From Mobula hypostoma (taxonomy: Eukaryota), in the NCBI RefSeq assembly GCF_963921235.1, contig NC_086097.1, positions 55,058,001-55,122,000 on the forward strand: 64,000 nucleotides of DNA. The letters are read 5' to 3'. Shown piece by piece: positions 26,396 to 38,427 of this stretch. Made by a program: the position numbers and the translations under genes. How positions within the stretch are numbered: the first letter of the stretch is position 1; every line of letters starts with the position of its first letter. Under the pieces are notes generated by a model. The model did not search any database and was not told the DNA's origin. It saw nothing but the letters and a program-made list of their open reading frames with translations.

Positions 26396-26487
26396 CTTTT
26401 AGCTCCCGTGCAAACCATCTTGCCTGAACTGAAGATTAGAGCTGTAGTTCTGGGTTCTCGAATTCGCATTATCACTGCAGCAAACCG
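26396..26487 (-). CDS. TBPL2: TBPL2 coding exon 4 (GC donor)
   Basis: 92 nt, encodes [34 protein letters not shown] acceptor. Donor AG|GCATGG is required to keep frame with exon 5. Confidence 0.95.
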
Positions 26488-27569
26488 CTATTTTTAGGAA
26501 CAAGTCAGTAAACATAAAATTAGATCAAAATTATAACAGACTAATTGTTTAGTGGCAAAGGCAATATCAATTTTCACTTTACAAGGTCTTGCCAAGTGTG
26601 CAGAAAGCTTCTTTATCTAAAACTTACAAAAAGCTTACATATATTTTGTCGATTGTAATTACATTATACGTGAACCTGACAAAAATAAAAGCAACGGGCA
26701 AGTTAGAAGCGTTTTGGAAAGGAGTCCCATAGTTTTCTTTTAAAAATCTACTCTAATGAGAAAGGCATGTGAACTTACTTTATATTTTATCTGTTTAGAA
26801 TAATCTCAATTTTTGTAGCCCTTTGCAAGAATATCTTCTCTTCTACCGGCATTAAATTTTCTAGCAAAAATTCAATTTCTATTATCTATTTTTCCCCTTC
26901 AATTTCTGACATCAAAGACTTGCTTAATTCCAACGGGAGGAATTGCCTCCTCCTGATGCAGGGTCTCGGCCTATAACATCGGCTGTTTATTCCTTTTCAT
27001 AGATGCTGCCTAACCTGCTGAGTTCTCCCAGAATTTTGTACGTATTACTCAGGAATTGCCTTCTATTAGCTACAATGGTCATTATTCACTCAATGCCAAG
27101 GTACTTGTGAAGCATGATTCTAGCCTTATATAATGCCTATACATTATCATTTCCAAAAGATTGATTTGTGATGATCAGAAGAGAAGTATGAATGATATTT
27201 CCTTTTCTTCAACACTCAGAAAAAAGCTCTTGTGACAATCTACCCATTTTCATTTAGGTAAGCAGGATCTGCGATATTTCTGGTACATATGGTGTTGTGG
27301 CATATAGTTTATTTTTCAATGCACATTTGGTAGAAAATAAGCAAAGTGGTCACTATCCCCCTTTCTGAATACTTGTTAAGAAAACTTGCATTTCCTTTCT
27401 ATTTCCTATGTGTGATGGAAGCTGATTGAGGAAACTTAATATTGTGTGATTACATTCACTCTTTAGTGGAAGCAAAGCAGCACAATGCATGTTCATGAAA
27501 GAGTAAGCAGCTGTAACTTGGTTAACTCTAGAGATGAGTGGATTAGCCCGAGGAGCAATTGAGTCACCT

Positions 27570-27955
27570 GGGACTATAGTACCTGGAATTCAAAGAATAA
27601 GAGTGGATTTTATAGAAATATATGAAATTATGAGGATAGGCAAGAAAGGTTGGAAAGTTACTTCTACTGGTAGGAAAGACTAGAAATGGGGACATTGCCT
27701 TGAGGTGGAACTGTTTTTTCCCCCCATAGGGAATCTGTGGAATTCTCTGCCCAAGGAAACAGAAGGTACTTTATTGAATACATTTAAGACACAATGAGAT
27801 ATATTTTTGCAAAGTAAGGGAATTAAAGATTATGGGGAAAAGGCAGCTAAGTGGAGCTGAGTCCATGGCCAGATCAGCCATGATTTCATTGAATGGTGGA
27901 GCAGGCTCGATGGCCCAGATAGTCTACTCCTGCTCCTATTTTGTTATGTTCTTAG
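27570..27955 (+). mobile_element. CR1 LINE 3' end
   Basis: LGLYSLEFRR.RGDLIE.YKI-like remnant, NLWNSLP and tail CTACTCCTGCTCCTATT. Confidence 0.75.
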
Positions 27956-28401
27956 CTACAGACAGAGAAGCCGCTAGCTTCACCTTTTACTGATGTTTAT
28001 CAGTAAACATCAGTTATTAAATCAGATGTGCCCATCTACTGCTTCCCTGGCAACGATTCTACCTTCCATGAGAATTCTCCGCTGTCATCCTGATTGTTGT
28101 TTTCATCTCATCTCAAGCGGACACTTGAGAAAACAAAATGCTGTGAGAATGGAGCAGTGTACCCTGATGCCTGAGATTTTAATCAGGCTCGCTTGAAGAA
28201 GTCTCTGTCAAACTATTTTCAGCACATTACCTGCAATACTAAAGGACTCAACACACCTGACTACTGCTTATACCACAATCAAGAATGTCTACAACTCCAT
28301 CCTTCGCCTGCACTTTGGTAAATCCATGCACCTGGCTGTGCTTCTTCTGCCCTTGTGTAGACAGAGACTAAACAGCACACCACCGATGAAGAGACCTACG
28401 A

Positions 28402-28437
28402 AGTCCTGACGAAGGGTCTCGGCCCGAAACGTCGACT
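28402..28437 (+). ncRNA. Minimal type I hammerhead ribozyme motif (Penelope-type)
   Basis: AGTC-CTGACGA-A-GGGT(CTCG)GCCC-GAAA-CG-TC-GACT. Cores CUGANGA and GAAA, stem I AGUC/GACU, stem II, palindromic ACGU stem III and a GUC cleavage triplet. Confidence 0.8.
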
Positions 28438-28535
28438 GTACCTCTTCCTAGAGATGCTGCCTGGTCTGCTGCATTCACCAGCAACTTTGATGTGTGTTGC
28501 TTGAATTTCCAGCATCTGCAGAATTCCTCGTGTTT
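28404..28535 (+). mobile_element. 132-bp Penelope pLTR/3' fragment with 13-bp TSD
   Basis: Flanked by GAGACCTACGAAG (28391-28403) and GAGACCTATGAAG (28536-28548). Homologous to the terminus of the Penelope at 42661. Confidence 0.85.
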
Positions 28536-30476
28536 GAGACCTATGAAGAGCTGGAGGGTAAAAGTGGAGGAGTGGATTCAGGGTCAGTGGATTGGAACGT
28601 TTTCAAGGATTTGTCATTGGACCTAAATAAGTATGCCAGAGTCATCACCGACTTCAGAAGGCCATGCATAGACAACTATAAACCCACTGGAACATTTCAG
28701 GCCTTCCCCAAACAGAAGTCCTGGAGATACCAGGAGATTTATAATCTGCTAAGGGCTAGACTGTGGCATTTAGGACTGGTGACCCAGAGTCCAGGTATGA
28801 CCTCTGGAAGCCAGTATGAGTGCAAGAAGGCAATTTCAGACTAAACCAGAAACACAGAAGGATGCACAACAGCTGTGCCAGGACGTGCACAATATAACTC
28901 CGTACAAAGCAACATCAGGCAGCATAGGTGGCAATGACTGATCACTCCATGATGAGCTCAGTGCAATTTATACTTGTTTTGATAGACAGAATTATTACAC
29001 ACCCACACGAGCCTTCTAAGCTCCCCTTGACCACCAAAGGGAGGAACTATTGTGTATTCCCGTGTCTCCTGATGATCCTTTGGTCTCAGTGTCTGGAGAT
29101 GATGTGTGGGCTGCCTTCAAGAGTGTGAATCCAAGGAAAGCACCTGGTCTGGACGGGGTACCTGGCCGAGTACCGATCGACCCTAATGAAGTACTTTGAA
29201 AGGTTAGTTATGGCACAAATCAGCTCCTGCCTCAGGTGACCTGGATCTATTTCAGTTTGCCTACTGTTACAACAGGGCAACTGCAGATGCAGTTCCTCTA
29301 TCTCTTCGCTCTGTTCTGAATGATCTGGACGACGGGACCTCAAGCACCAAGCCGCTGCTCATTGACTGCAGCTTATCAATCCATCCAAGCTCATCAGCAA
29401 GCTTTGCCACCTTAGCCTGTGTCCCCCTCTTCAGTAAGGATCGGAAACAGCATCTCCCCCTCACTGACCACCAACACAGGTGCACCTCAGGGCTATGTGC
29501 TTCGTCTTTTGGTCACTCGCTATACACATGACTGTGTGGCTAAACACAGCTCCAACACCATCTTCAAATTCATTGATGATACTACTGTTTTCGGAAGAAT
29601 CAGAGGTGGTGATGAATCAGTTTACTGGAGCGAGATAAGATACCTGGTTGAGTGGTGCTGCAAAAAAAAAACCTCTTGCCCAACAACAGCAAAACTAAGG
29701 AGCTGATTGTTGACTTCAGGAAAGTGATGGAGGGTCAATATAGGACCGTTTACACTGGGGGATCAGCAGTGAACAGAATCAGCAGCTTTAAACTCCTGGT
29801 TGTTAACATGTTGCATGGCCTGTTCCTGCACCCAGCACCCAGCACATAGATGCAATTAGAGGCAAACATATCAGAATCTTTACTTCCTTAGCAGATTGAG
29901 GTGGCTTGGCTTGTCAGATTCAGAAGTCTGACTTGTCACCAAACACTAACAAGCTTCTACAGATGTACAGTTGAAAGTATTCTGACTGGTTGCATCATGG
30001 TCTGGTATGGCAATTTGAATGCATAGGAATATAAAAAACTGCAGAGTAATGACCTTTGCCCAATATATTATGAGCACATCCCTTTCCTATCACTGGTAGC
30101 ATCTACAAGAGGTGCCACAACAAGAAGGCAACATCTATCAAAGATCCTCATCATCTGGGCCATGCAATCTTTTCACAGTTACTGTTGGGCAGGAAGTGCA
30201 AAAGCTTGAAGTCCCACAGTATCAGGTTCAAGAACAGCTATTTCCCTTCAACCATTCGGTTCATGAACAAACCAGCAAAGCCCTTATCACCACTAGAGTT
30301 TAGCAACAGTGACTATTCTGAACACTTTGCATGAAAGTAAATAGTTTTTTTTGTTCTAATTATGTTTACTTATAATTAGGTTATAATTTGTTTAATTTAT
30401 GTTTTTTCTTGTGAATCCTGCTTTATGTGCTTGTGATGCTGCTGCAATCAAGTTCTTCACTGCACCTCTGCATACA

Positions 30477-30783
30477 TGCACTTGTGCACATGACAGTAAA
30501 CTCGATTTCAATGCACTTGTGCACATGACAGTAAACTCGATTTCAATGCACTCGTGCACATGACAGTAAACTCGATTTCAGTGCACTTGTGCACATAACA
30601 GTAAACTCGATTTCAGTGCACTCGTGCACTTGACAATAAACTCAATTTCAGTGCACTCGTGCACAATAATAAACTATTTCAATGCACTCGTGCACAACAA
30701 TAAACTATTTCAATGCACTCGTGCACATGACAGTAAACTCTACTTCAGTGCACTCGTGCACTTGACAATAAACTCGATTTCAA
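30477..30783 (+). repeat. Minisatellite, 9 units (seven of 35 bp, two of 31 bp)
   Basis: Unit TGCACTYGTGCACATGACAGTAAACTCGATTTCAR, head-to-tail with no spacers. Confidence 0.95.
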
Positions 30784-32229
30784 CTTCTCATTTCTAGATG
30801 CTTTGGTAAACTTTTTTGTCATATTAACTTTTGATACAATACAAACAAGATTAAAACTGACTGAAAGGAGATGATGAGAGCTCAGAGTAGAGCACAAGAG
30901 ATAACACAAAATGAAAGAGCAGCAGATGGCAAAGACTGCTTAAGTACAATAGTCAAGGCTGAAACCTAAATACTGTGGGAAGAAAAGACAGAGTTGAGTC
31001 TGGAAAGTGAGAGACAGCAAGAACTGATAGTAGGGATAGTGGTAAGGAGTGAGAACTAAGATCTGACAGATGGAGGGCAGGGAAAATTAGTATAGCCAAG
31101 TTTCAAATCTAAGAACGTTCCCTTTGGTCCAACTCATCCATGATGACCAAGTTTCCCATGTAAACTCGTCCCACTTATCTACATTTGGTCCATAACCCTC
31201 TATATTTCCTATCCATGTACTTTTCCAAATGTCTCTCAAATTCTGTTATTGTACCTGCCTCAACTACTTTCCTAAGCAACTTGTTCCATATATGCATCAT
31301 CTTCTGAATGGTTTCAAGTTGCAACTATTTAGCAATATAATATTCATTAAGCCCACTTTATAATTCTTAGAGGAAATATATATATTAATAAACAGAAATA
31401 TAGCAATAGAAAAATACCTGGAGAAAACAGTATGTTAGAAAGAGGAAAGGAATCTAGGAACTTTCACAAGTTTGTTAAAAAGAGCTTTCAAGTGAACATG
31501 GGTTCTCAGAGTCTGAGAAGGGAGAAGTAAAGGATACATTGAGAAGATGTTAAAATCTGTTTCTAATGAAGTTCTAACAGTTACTTACTAAGTCTTAATA
31601 ATGATTGGAGGTATTGTAGCTTCAAGAAAAGAATTTTCAAATCCAAAAATTGGTTAGTGGATGTAATTAGTAGGATGGTTAAGTGAGAAACTGTGTATTG
31701 AGTATTTCCAGATCTTTCAAAGCTCAGGTGCTGGCATTATGATTATAAATATTCATGAGGTTTTTGGTTTTAAAAAAACTACTGTGGGCACAGATCTAAT
31801 TAATGGAGAATGATAACAAATAAGCTGCTTTCAGGTTGGAGTGACTTAAACATACAAGTCATAGGTCTCTCTCCCTGTACTCCCTTTAAAATGACATTAA
31901 AACAAGGATCAGTGTGAAGGAAATTACTGAATTGTAACCCACACTAGATGGCTGTATGTCATTTCTCCAAGTGTGCTTGCTGGGAATACAACTTATGAAT
32001 AGAAACTACAGTCTTTAATGCAATATTAACAGGCTAAGTGACTGAGAAGATAGCAGTTAGCATTAAATGTAGGAACTTAAAGTTTTTATAAATGGTAAAA
32101 AAAACTATCAAATGTGTATTGAGTCTGTCCCAGCTCCACTGAGTTTGGTTCCGCTCGCCTCACTCCCCAGCACTTCTAGAGCACCTTGCAAATTTATTTA
32201 GTCTCAATTACTAATACATACACATTAAA

Positions 32230-33080
32230 TAATTTGAGCAAACAGAGACCAAGACAAATAATGAGGTAGCGTTCATGGATTTATTGTTCATTCAGAATTC
32301 TGGTGGCAGAGGGGAAAAAGCTGTTCTGGAAATGTTGAGTGTGTCTTCAGGCTCCTGCATATCTTCCCTGACAGTAGCAATGAGAAGAGGGAATGTCCTA
32401 GATCAGGGATTTCCAACTTTTTTTATGCCATGGACACGTAGCATTAACCAAGGGGTCCATGGACCCCAGGTTGGGAACCCCTATCCTAGATGATAGGGTC
32501 CTTCATGATGGATCCTGCATTTTGAGGCATCACCTTTTGAAATGTCCTTGATGCTGGGGAGGCCAGTGCCCATGATGGAGCTGGCTGAGTTTACAACTTT
32601 CTGCAGCTTCTTCCGATCCTGTGCAGTGGCCCGTCCATACCAGACGGTGATGCAACCAGTTAGAATGCTCTCCACGGTATATCTGTAGAAATTTGTGAGA
32701 CCTTAATGACATACTAAGTCTTCTCAAACTCCTAATGAAATATAGCCACTATTGTGCCTTCTTTATAATTACATCAATGTGTTGGGCCCAGGATAGATCT
32801 TCAGAGATGTTGACACTCAGGAAACTGAAACTGTTCACCCTTTCCACTGCTGATCCCTCCATGAGGAATGGTGTGTGTTCCCTTGACTTACCCTTCCTGA
32901 AGTCCACAATCAATTCCTTGGTCTTTCTGAGATTGAGAGCAAGGTTGTTGTTGCAACACCACTCAACAAGCTGATCTATCTTGCTCTTGTATGCCTCCTC
33001 ATCAGCATCTGAAATTCTGCCAATAGTCATGTCATTGGCAAACTTATAGATGGCATTTAAGCTGTGCCAAGCCACACTCA
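32230..33080 (-). mobile_element. Rex1/Babar LINE 3' fragment
   Basis: ORF 32749-33081 IYKFANDMTI..VEWCCNNNLALN..KTKELIVDFRK, and ESILTGCITVWYG. Confidence 0.88.
32404..32483. mobile_element. 80-bp hAT MITE, second copy
   Basis: Same family as 2159-2238. Perfect 8-bp TSD TCCTAGAT at 32396-32403 and 32484-32491. Confidence 0.9.
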
Positions 33081-33689
33081 AACTGTGTCCAAGTTATTAA
33101 AGCAGATTAAGGGAAACAGTGGCCATGATACCAACTTCAAGGAACACCACTCCCTCCAGTCCATCAAACACCCCCAAAAAAAGAGAAAATTTCACTCCAG
33201 ATAAATGAACTAGTCAAGATGGAAAATTATGTCTTGTTCTCTATTACTCAGGAATTAATATACACGAGTAAATTTGTTTGCTGCAAATAGACAGGACTTT
33301 GTTAAGTTTACCATACATTTGGAGCACTTTGTGCAGTTTTAGTGTTGATTCCCAATGGATGATCTGTTTTTTGTCTTGGAGATTGAGTCCTACAGATCAA
33401 TTTGATTAATTATCCTATTCCTCAGCGAGAAGAGATGGAGCTATTTTCCCTTGAGTTTAGAAGTAATCTACTGACCTCCATAAGATTCTGAGACAGATTG
33501 TAATAAATGCTGAATTGCTGCATCATCTGGCTAAAACGAAAGAGCATAGTTTTAAATTGTGGTCCCTTTATCTAAGATTTGGAGTATTGTGAATCTTTGG
33601 AATTCTCTGCTCCATAAATCTCTGGATGCCATGGCATTGAGCACAGACTCTAGGGATGAGATCAAGATTAAAACTGGATTTCATCCTGA

Positions 33690-34310
33690 TGAGTGAAAGG
33701 TGATGCACTTTGAAAATGGTTGGGGTCTAGGAACATTGAAGAGCAGAGCAATCTTGGTGTACAAATTCACAGGTCTCTGAAGATGGCAGGACAAATATCC
33801 TGTGAATAGAATTTAAAAGGAAGCTTATGGTGTAGCTTTACAAAACATTTGTTAAGCAATAGCTGAAGTACAATGTAGAGTTCTTGTCACCATACTATAT
33901 GAAAAGAGCTCAAGAGATTTACCAAGTTGTCTCCTTGGATGGAGCATCTCAGTTATGAGGAGAGACTGAGTAGGCTGGATTTGTTTTCCCTGGAACAGAA
34001 GCATCTGTTGGAGGGTCTTGATAGTGATATACTAGACTATGAAGTCCAAGATAGGATAGAAAGTAGGAAACTTTCCCCCCAGAGCAGAACCAGCCAAAAC
34101 TGGAGGACATACAGTGTTTATGATGAGGGGCAAGAGATTCAGGTGAGATCTCTGAAAGAACTTTTTCCACACAGATGGTGTTGGAATCTGGAATGCAATG
34201 TCTGAGTAGGTGATGGAACAAATTCTCTTACAACATTCAAGGCACATCTGGACAAGCAGTTAAATTACTAATGTTCAATGCAAAGAACACAACAGACCAA
34301 GTGCTGGTAA
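33690..34310 (+). mobile_element. CR1 LINE fragment
   Basis: LSYEERLSRLDLFSLEQ. Confidence 0.75.
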
Positions 34311-34694
34311 ATCAAATTTGTCTCCATGGGTACTTAATGGTTGGCCCAGACATAGTGGGCCAAAGGCCTTCTCATTTATGTGCTACAAGGCTCTAGGACT
34401 CAAAGAAAGAGAAAGTATCAGGTCTGAAAGTGAATTAAGAGCAACTCTGATCTCATTAATTTACTCAAGACATATGCCTTATCTTTGTAATAGTTACATT
34501 ATTCATCCTGTTTTGAAGAGCCATGTGATGTAGTACACCGCTGTGGGAGAAACCTAACTCAATATAGGGAAGTGAAAAAGTCAAATTTTAAAAGTTTATA
34601 CTGCACAAAAAGTATGCAAGATTGACATTAAAGCTAAAGAGAACAAAATTACAAATGTATAACATGACTGAATTAATTTGTTTGAGAAAATTAC

Positions 34695-34782
34695 CTTTGG
34701 ATTATATTCGGCATTTCTTGCATGAAGAGCAATTCTCTTCAGTTCCAATTTGCAGGCCAAATTAACAGTGGAAACAATATTT
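34695..34782 (-). CDS. TBPL2: TBPL2 coding exon 3
   Basis: 88 nt, AG/GT bounded, encodes [33 protein letters not shown] and ALHA are TBPL2-type rather than TBP-type (LGCK, ALRA). Confidence 0.96.
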
Positions 34783-36094
34783 CTATAGAGAAGAAAAAAA
34801 GCAAAAGGTTATAAGTGATTTACTGTAGTCTGATATTGCAGGATTCTCTTAAGAATTGTATTAAAATGTTATTTCCAGTTTCTGGAATGAAATGTGAGGC
34901 TAATACAGACCTCTAATTAATCAGAAGGAGCTAGAGGAGCAAAGTTGAAGACAACTTTTTGGCTAGGGCTGTAATGTCGGAAGATTTCAGTTATTCAAAT
35001 ATTAGTTAGTTGGTAAAATGTGCTAATTGTATTAAAGAAAACTTTTCTTTGCCATTTTCTTAGCAAGTGTGCCAAGAGTGGGAGACATTTAGGATTTAGT
35101 TTCAAGGAATGAAACTGAGCAGGTGGAAGGAATGTTAGTGGGAGAGCAATCATAATTCAGTTCATTTGGCATAGATTTATAAAAGACAGAGACAATGCAG
35201 AAGTAATTTATGCCACAACACAAGTAAGTTATGGATATGAAAAGTCTTGAGGGAATCTGTGCAAGATTTAGAAAAACAATGCCAGGACTAAAAATTGTGG
35301 GTGTGAGCAAAAATAGGATAAACTAGCAAATTTTCATTAGAACAGTGGAGGTAGACAGAAAAGATAAAATATTGGAGCAGAATCAGGCAATGCAGCTGAT
35401 CAGGTCTGTTTTGCCATTCAATTATTGCTGAGTTTTTTCAACCCCATTTTCTGCCTTCACCCTATAACCCGTCATCCCTTTACCAGTCAAGAACCTATGA
35501 ATCTCTGCATGAAATACACCCCATGACTTGAACTCCACAGCCCTCCATGGAACAGAGCTGAATTCAGAACAAGAACAGCTTAATGCTATATTGACCTCAT
35601 TTCACTGTGATCATGGCAGATGGGTTGAAGTTGAAGACTAATCATTTGGGATCAATGAAGAGGAATGGAAATATTACACTATTGTGAGGAATTTAAAGGA
35701 GAGATGTGGTCAGAAGGTGAAGGGGGAAGGAAGATCTAGAGGGAAGTTTGCATTTACAGAACTGGTGAAGCTTGCCTTTCTCAGAGCCTAAAGGAAAATG
35801 CATTTTTTTCTGTTGGAATGCATGTTGAGGTAAAGCATGAAATGGTTCTGGAGACAAAGAAAGCTTTGAATCAATGCTGCTGGAAAAAAAAGGTCAAGAA
35901 CATTCATGCAGGAGATCAGGGCAAGTTATCATTCTAGGTCATCTAGGAGTCTGACATGATAATGCACAAAGGATTCCAGTTATCTGCAGTAACAACAAAC
36001 AACTTTTAATGCACTCCGGATGCTGGTTCGACAGTTTTCATTGGCATATAAGCGATCCACATGTCCAAGGCTCCCTTACGTACAAGAAGCTTTT

Positions 36095-36495
36095 ATAATG
36101 GGCTTTATTCCCTGAAGCGCAAGAGAATGAGGGGAGATTTATAGAGATATACAATATTATAAGGGGTATAGATAGAGTAAATACAAGCAGACTCTTTCCG
36201 CTGAGATTAGAATTAGAGGTTATAGGTTTAGGAGGAAATGTGAAATATTTAAGAGGAACCCCTGGGGGCAACTTCTTTACTCAGGGCTGCTGAGAGTGTG
36301 GAATGAGCTGCCAGTGGAGGTGATGGATTTAGGTTCAACTGCAATTTTTAAGATAAGTTTGGATAGCTACATGGATGGGAAGGCTATGGAGGACTATAGT
36401 TTGTTGGCGAGTAGATTGGACTAGGCAGAATAACAGGCCAGTATGGACTGGATAGGCCAGCGGACTTGTTTCTGTGCTGCAGTGCTCTATGACTG
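36095..36495 (+). mobile_element. CR1 LINE 3' end
   Basis: GLYSLKRKRMRGDFIEIYNIIRGIDRV-like frame, VWNELP and tail GTGCTCTATGACT. Confidence 0.75.
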
Positions 36496-37023
36496 TACAT
36501 CCTGAATCTCATAAGGCCAGGATGCAGTACTTTTGTGGCAGTGCTTTCATGATCTAGTGAGAAAGTTTTATGGGGAATTCTGGCATCAATGTTCAGAAAC
36601 CAGTTTCAATAGGAATCTGTACTTTCTTACAGCTATTTGGTATTCACAACTGACACTTTTTGAACTGCTAATGGAATTGCAGTCCTCACTGTCAGCAACG
36701 ACTGAATAAGGATCCAAACCATAAACTTAAAACAAGTCTTGTCAAAGGACCATTTAGTTTGGAAAAATGAGTTGACAGTAAGCCGGTTTACTGAATGTTC
36801 TACCTTGGAGACAAAGCACGGTGGTTTATGCCATGGTTAGAAAAATCAAGAGGTAAATTCAAGCACAAAACAGTATAGCATGAGCACAATAGAAGTAGTA
36901 CTTCAGAAATTCATGATAAACAAAGTGCCCTAGAAAATAAGTACAGGTTCTCTACTTATTGTATTATTGTATTACACAAAGAGGTAGTTTTGAAGAGATA
37001 ATCTTGCTAACAAAGATACTTAC

Positions 37024-37460
37024 TGTAACTGGGGACATATTCCAGAACTTTCTACTGGGGTCATTGGTGTTACAGGGGTCATAGGGGTCATTGGTACTCG
37101 GCAAATTGATGATGATTCATTATCAATTGGAGTGGCAATTCCTTCATTTGTTGATTGGCATGGCAATTGGCTAATGTTTTCAGGTCCAAGTGTAGTAATA
37201 CCATCATTATTATTATTAACATCTGAGAGCAGTTGGCTCTGCTTTATCATTTGTTGCTCTGTTGTATAACTGTTTCCCCCATCATCATTTTGCTGGTCCT
37301 GGTCATCAGTGAGAAAGCTGAGATCTGCTGAAGTAAGCTCCGCAGATAATTCCTGAGGTTGGAGAAGCTGAGGAGCGTAACAAGACTCCTGAATTGCTAG
37401 GTCTGAATCATATGGAATCATAGGATCAAAGACATGGGAATTATTTGTTGGGAGATCATC
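37024..37460 (-). CDS. TBPL2: TBPL2 coding exon 2 (N-terminal domain, PMT repeats, start of core)
   Basis: AG acceptor at 37461-37462. 437 nt open frame DDLPTNNSHVFDPMIPYDSDL...VPMTPMTPVTPMTPVESSGICPQLQ. Donor CA|GTAAGT in phase 2. Confidence 0.93.
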
Positions 37461-38427
37461 CTAAAAAATAAATTTACATAAAACATGTTAAAGAGTAATC
37501 ATATAATACCACATCATCCTCATAAGACTAAGTGATAATTGGTTGTTGCTTACATCTTTAGGCTTAGGGACATCCTTTAAATTCACTTCATTTTACTAAA
37601 AACAGATTGCCTGTAAACTCCCTCGATCACCAAAACCTTTAATGAACCACTATGTGCTCAATATCGATCAAGCACTACATCTTGTATTTAAACTCATATG
37701 CCCAAGGAGCACCAAACCCACAACCATTCCTGCTCTTCACTAAGTGGTTATTTCTGCAAGTAGCTTGTGGTGTAGTTGTTCAGCAAGGGACAGGATCCGT
37801 ACGTTCTACCCTCCACTGTTAAATAGCCTTTCAAAACTCAACAGGGCAATTTACAAATAGATACTTGCTTCATGTACTAGAATTTGTGGATATCATCTCA
37901 CAAGTACATTTTAGAAAGGAAGGCGAAAGAAAAGTGTTTTCTCAGTGTAATTAATATTGTTACAATGGCAAATAGGATCAAATTTCACACACACAGCAGG
38001 AGGTGAAAGACTTTTTTTTTCCTGTTAGTTAGGGAAAGAATATTGTCTAAAGCACCAGGAATAAAAGTAGACAAAATCCATTCTACTAGCTCTCTTTCAG
38101 GTCCATTCCAAGTGAGTAACTACCAGTGATGTCCTGTGTTTCTCCACCTGCCATACCAATAGCTACCACAGGACAGAAAAATAAATCATGAATAATACCA
38201 AACAACTATTCATAAACTTGAAAAACAAAGTTTAAAATCACCTTGCACAACTTAGAAAGTAACAGCTAATATGTTTGTTGCAAGACACAAATCTTCTATT
38301 CTGGAGTAGAACACTTCACTTGAACCTGCTCAGTAACATCTGTGGCAGGGTTAGGTAGGGTGATGACGTCAATTTACATCGTGGGGGGCTATTGATTTAG
38401 CCTGAGGACTACCCATCCAGCTGAAAG

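Larger units (their letters stand above)
28230..30476 (+). mobile_element. Rex1/Babar LINE, decayed, from endonuclease end to 3'UTR
   Basis: LTTNTGAPQG, FKFIDDTTV and KTKELIVDFRK motifs. 3'UTR runs into the minisatellite. Confidence 0.85.

Noticed and set aside
26951..26985. Additional active hammerheads (also ~45200 and ~53670)
   Set aside because: Core boxes are mutated (CTGATGC for CTGANGA, TATAAC for GAAAC, or CTGA missing), so they are probably inactive relics.
30477..30783. CRISPR-like array of ~35-bp palindromic repeats
   Set aside because: Units are contiguous with no unique spacers, there are no cas genes, the context is vertebrate, and the unit derives from a LINE 3' end.
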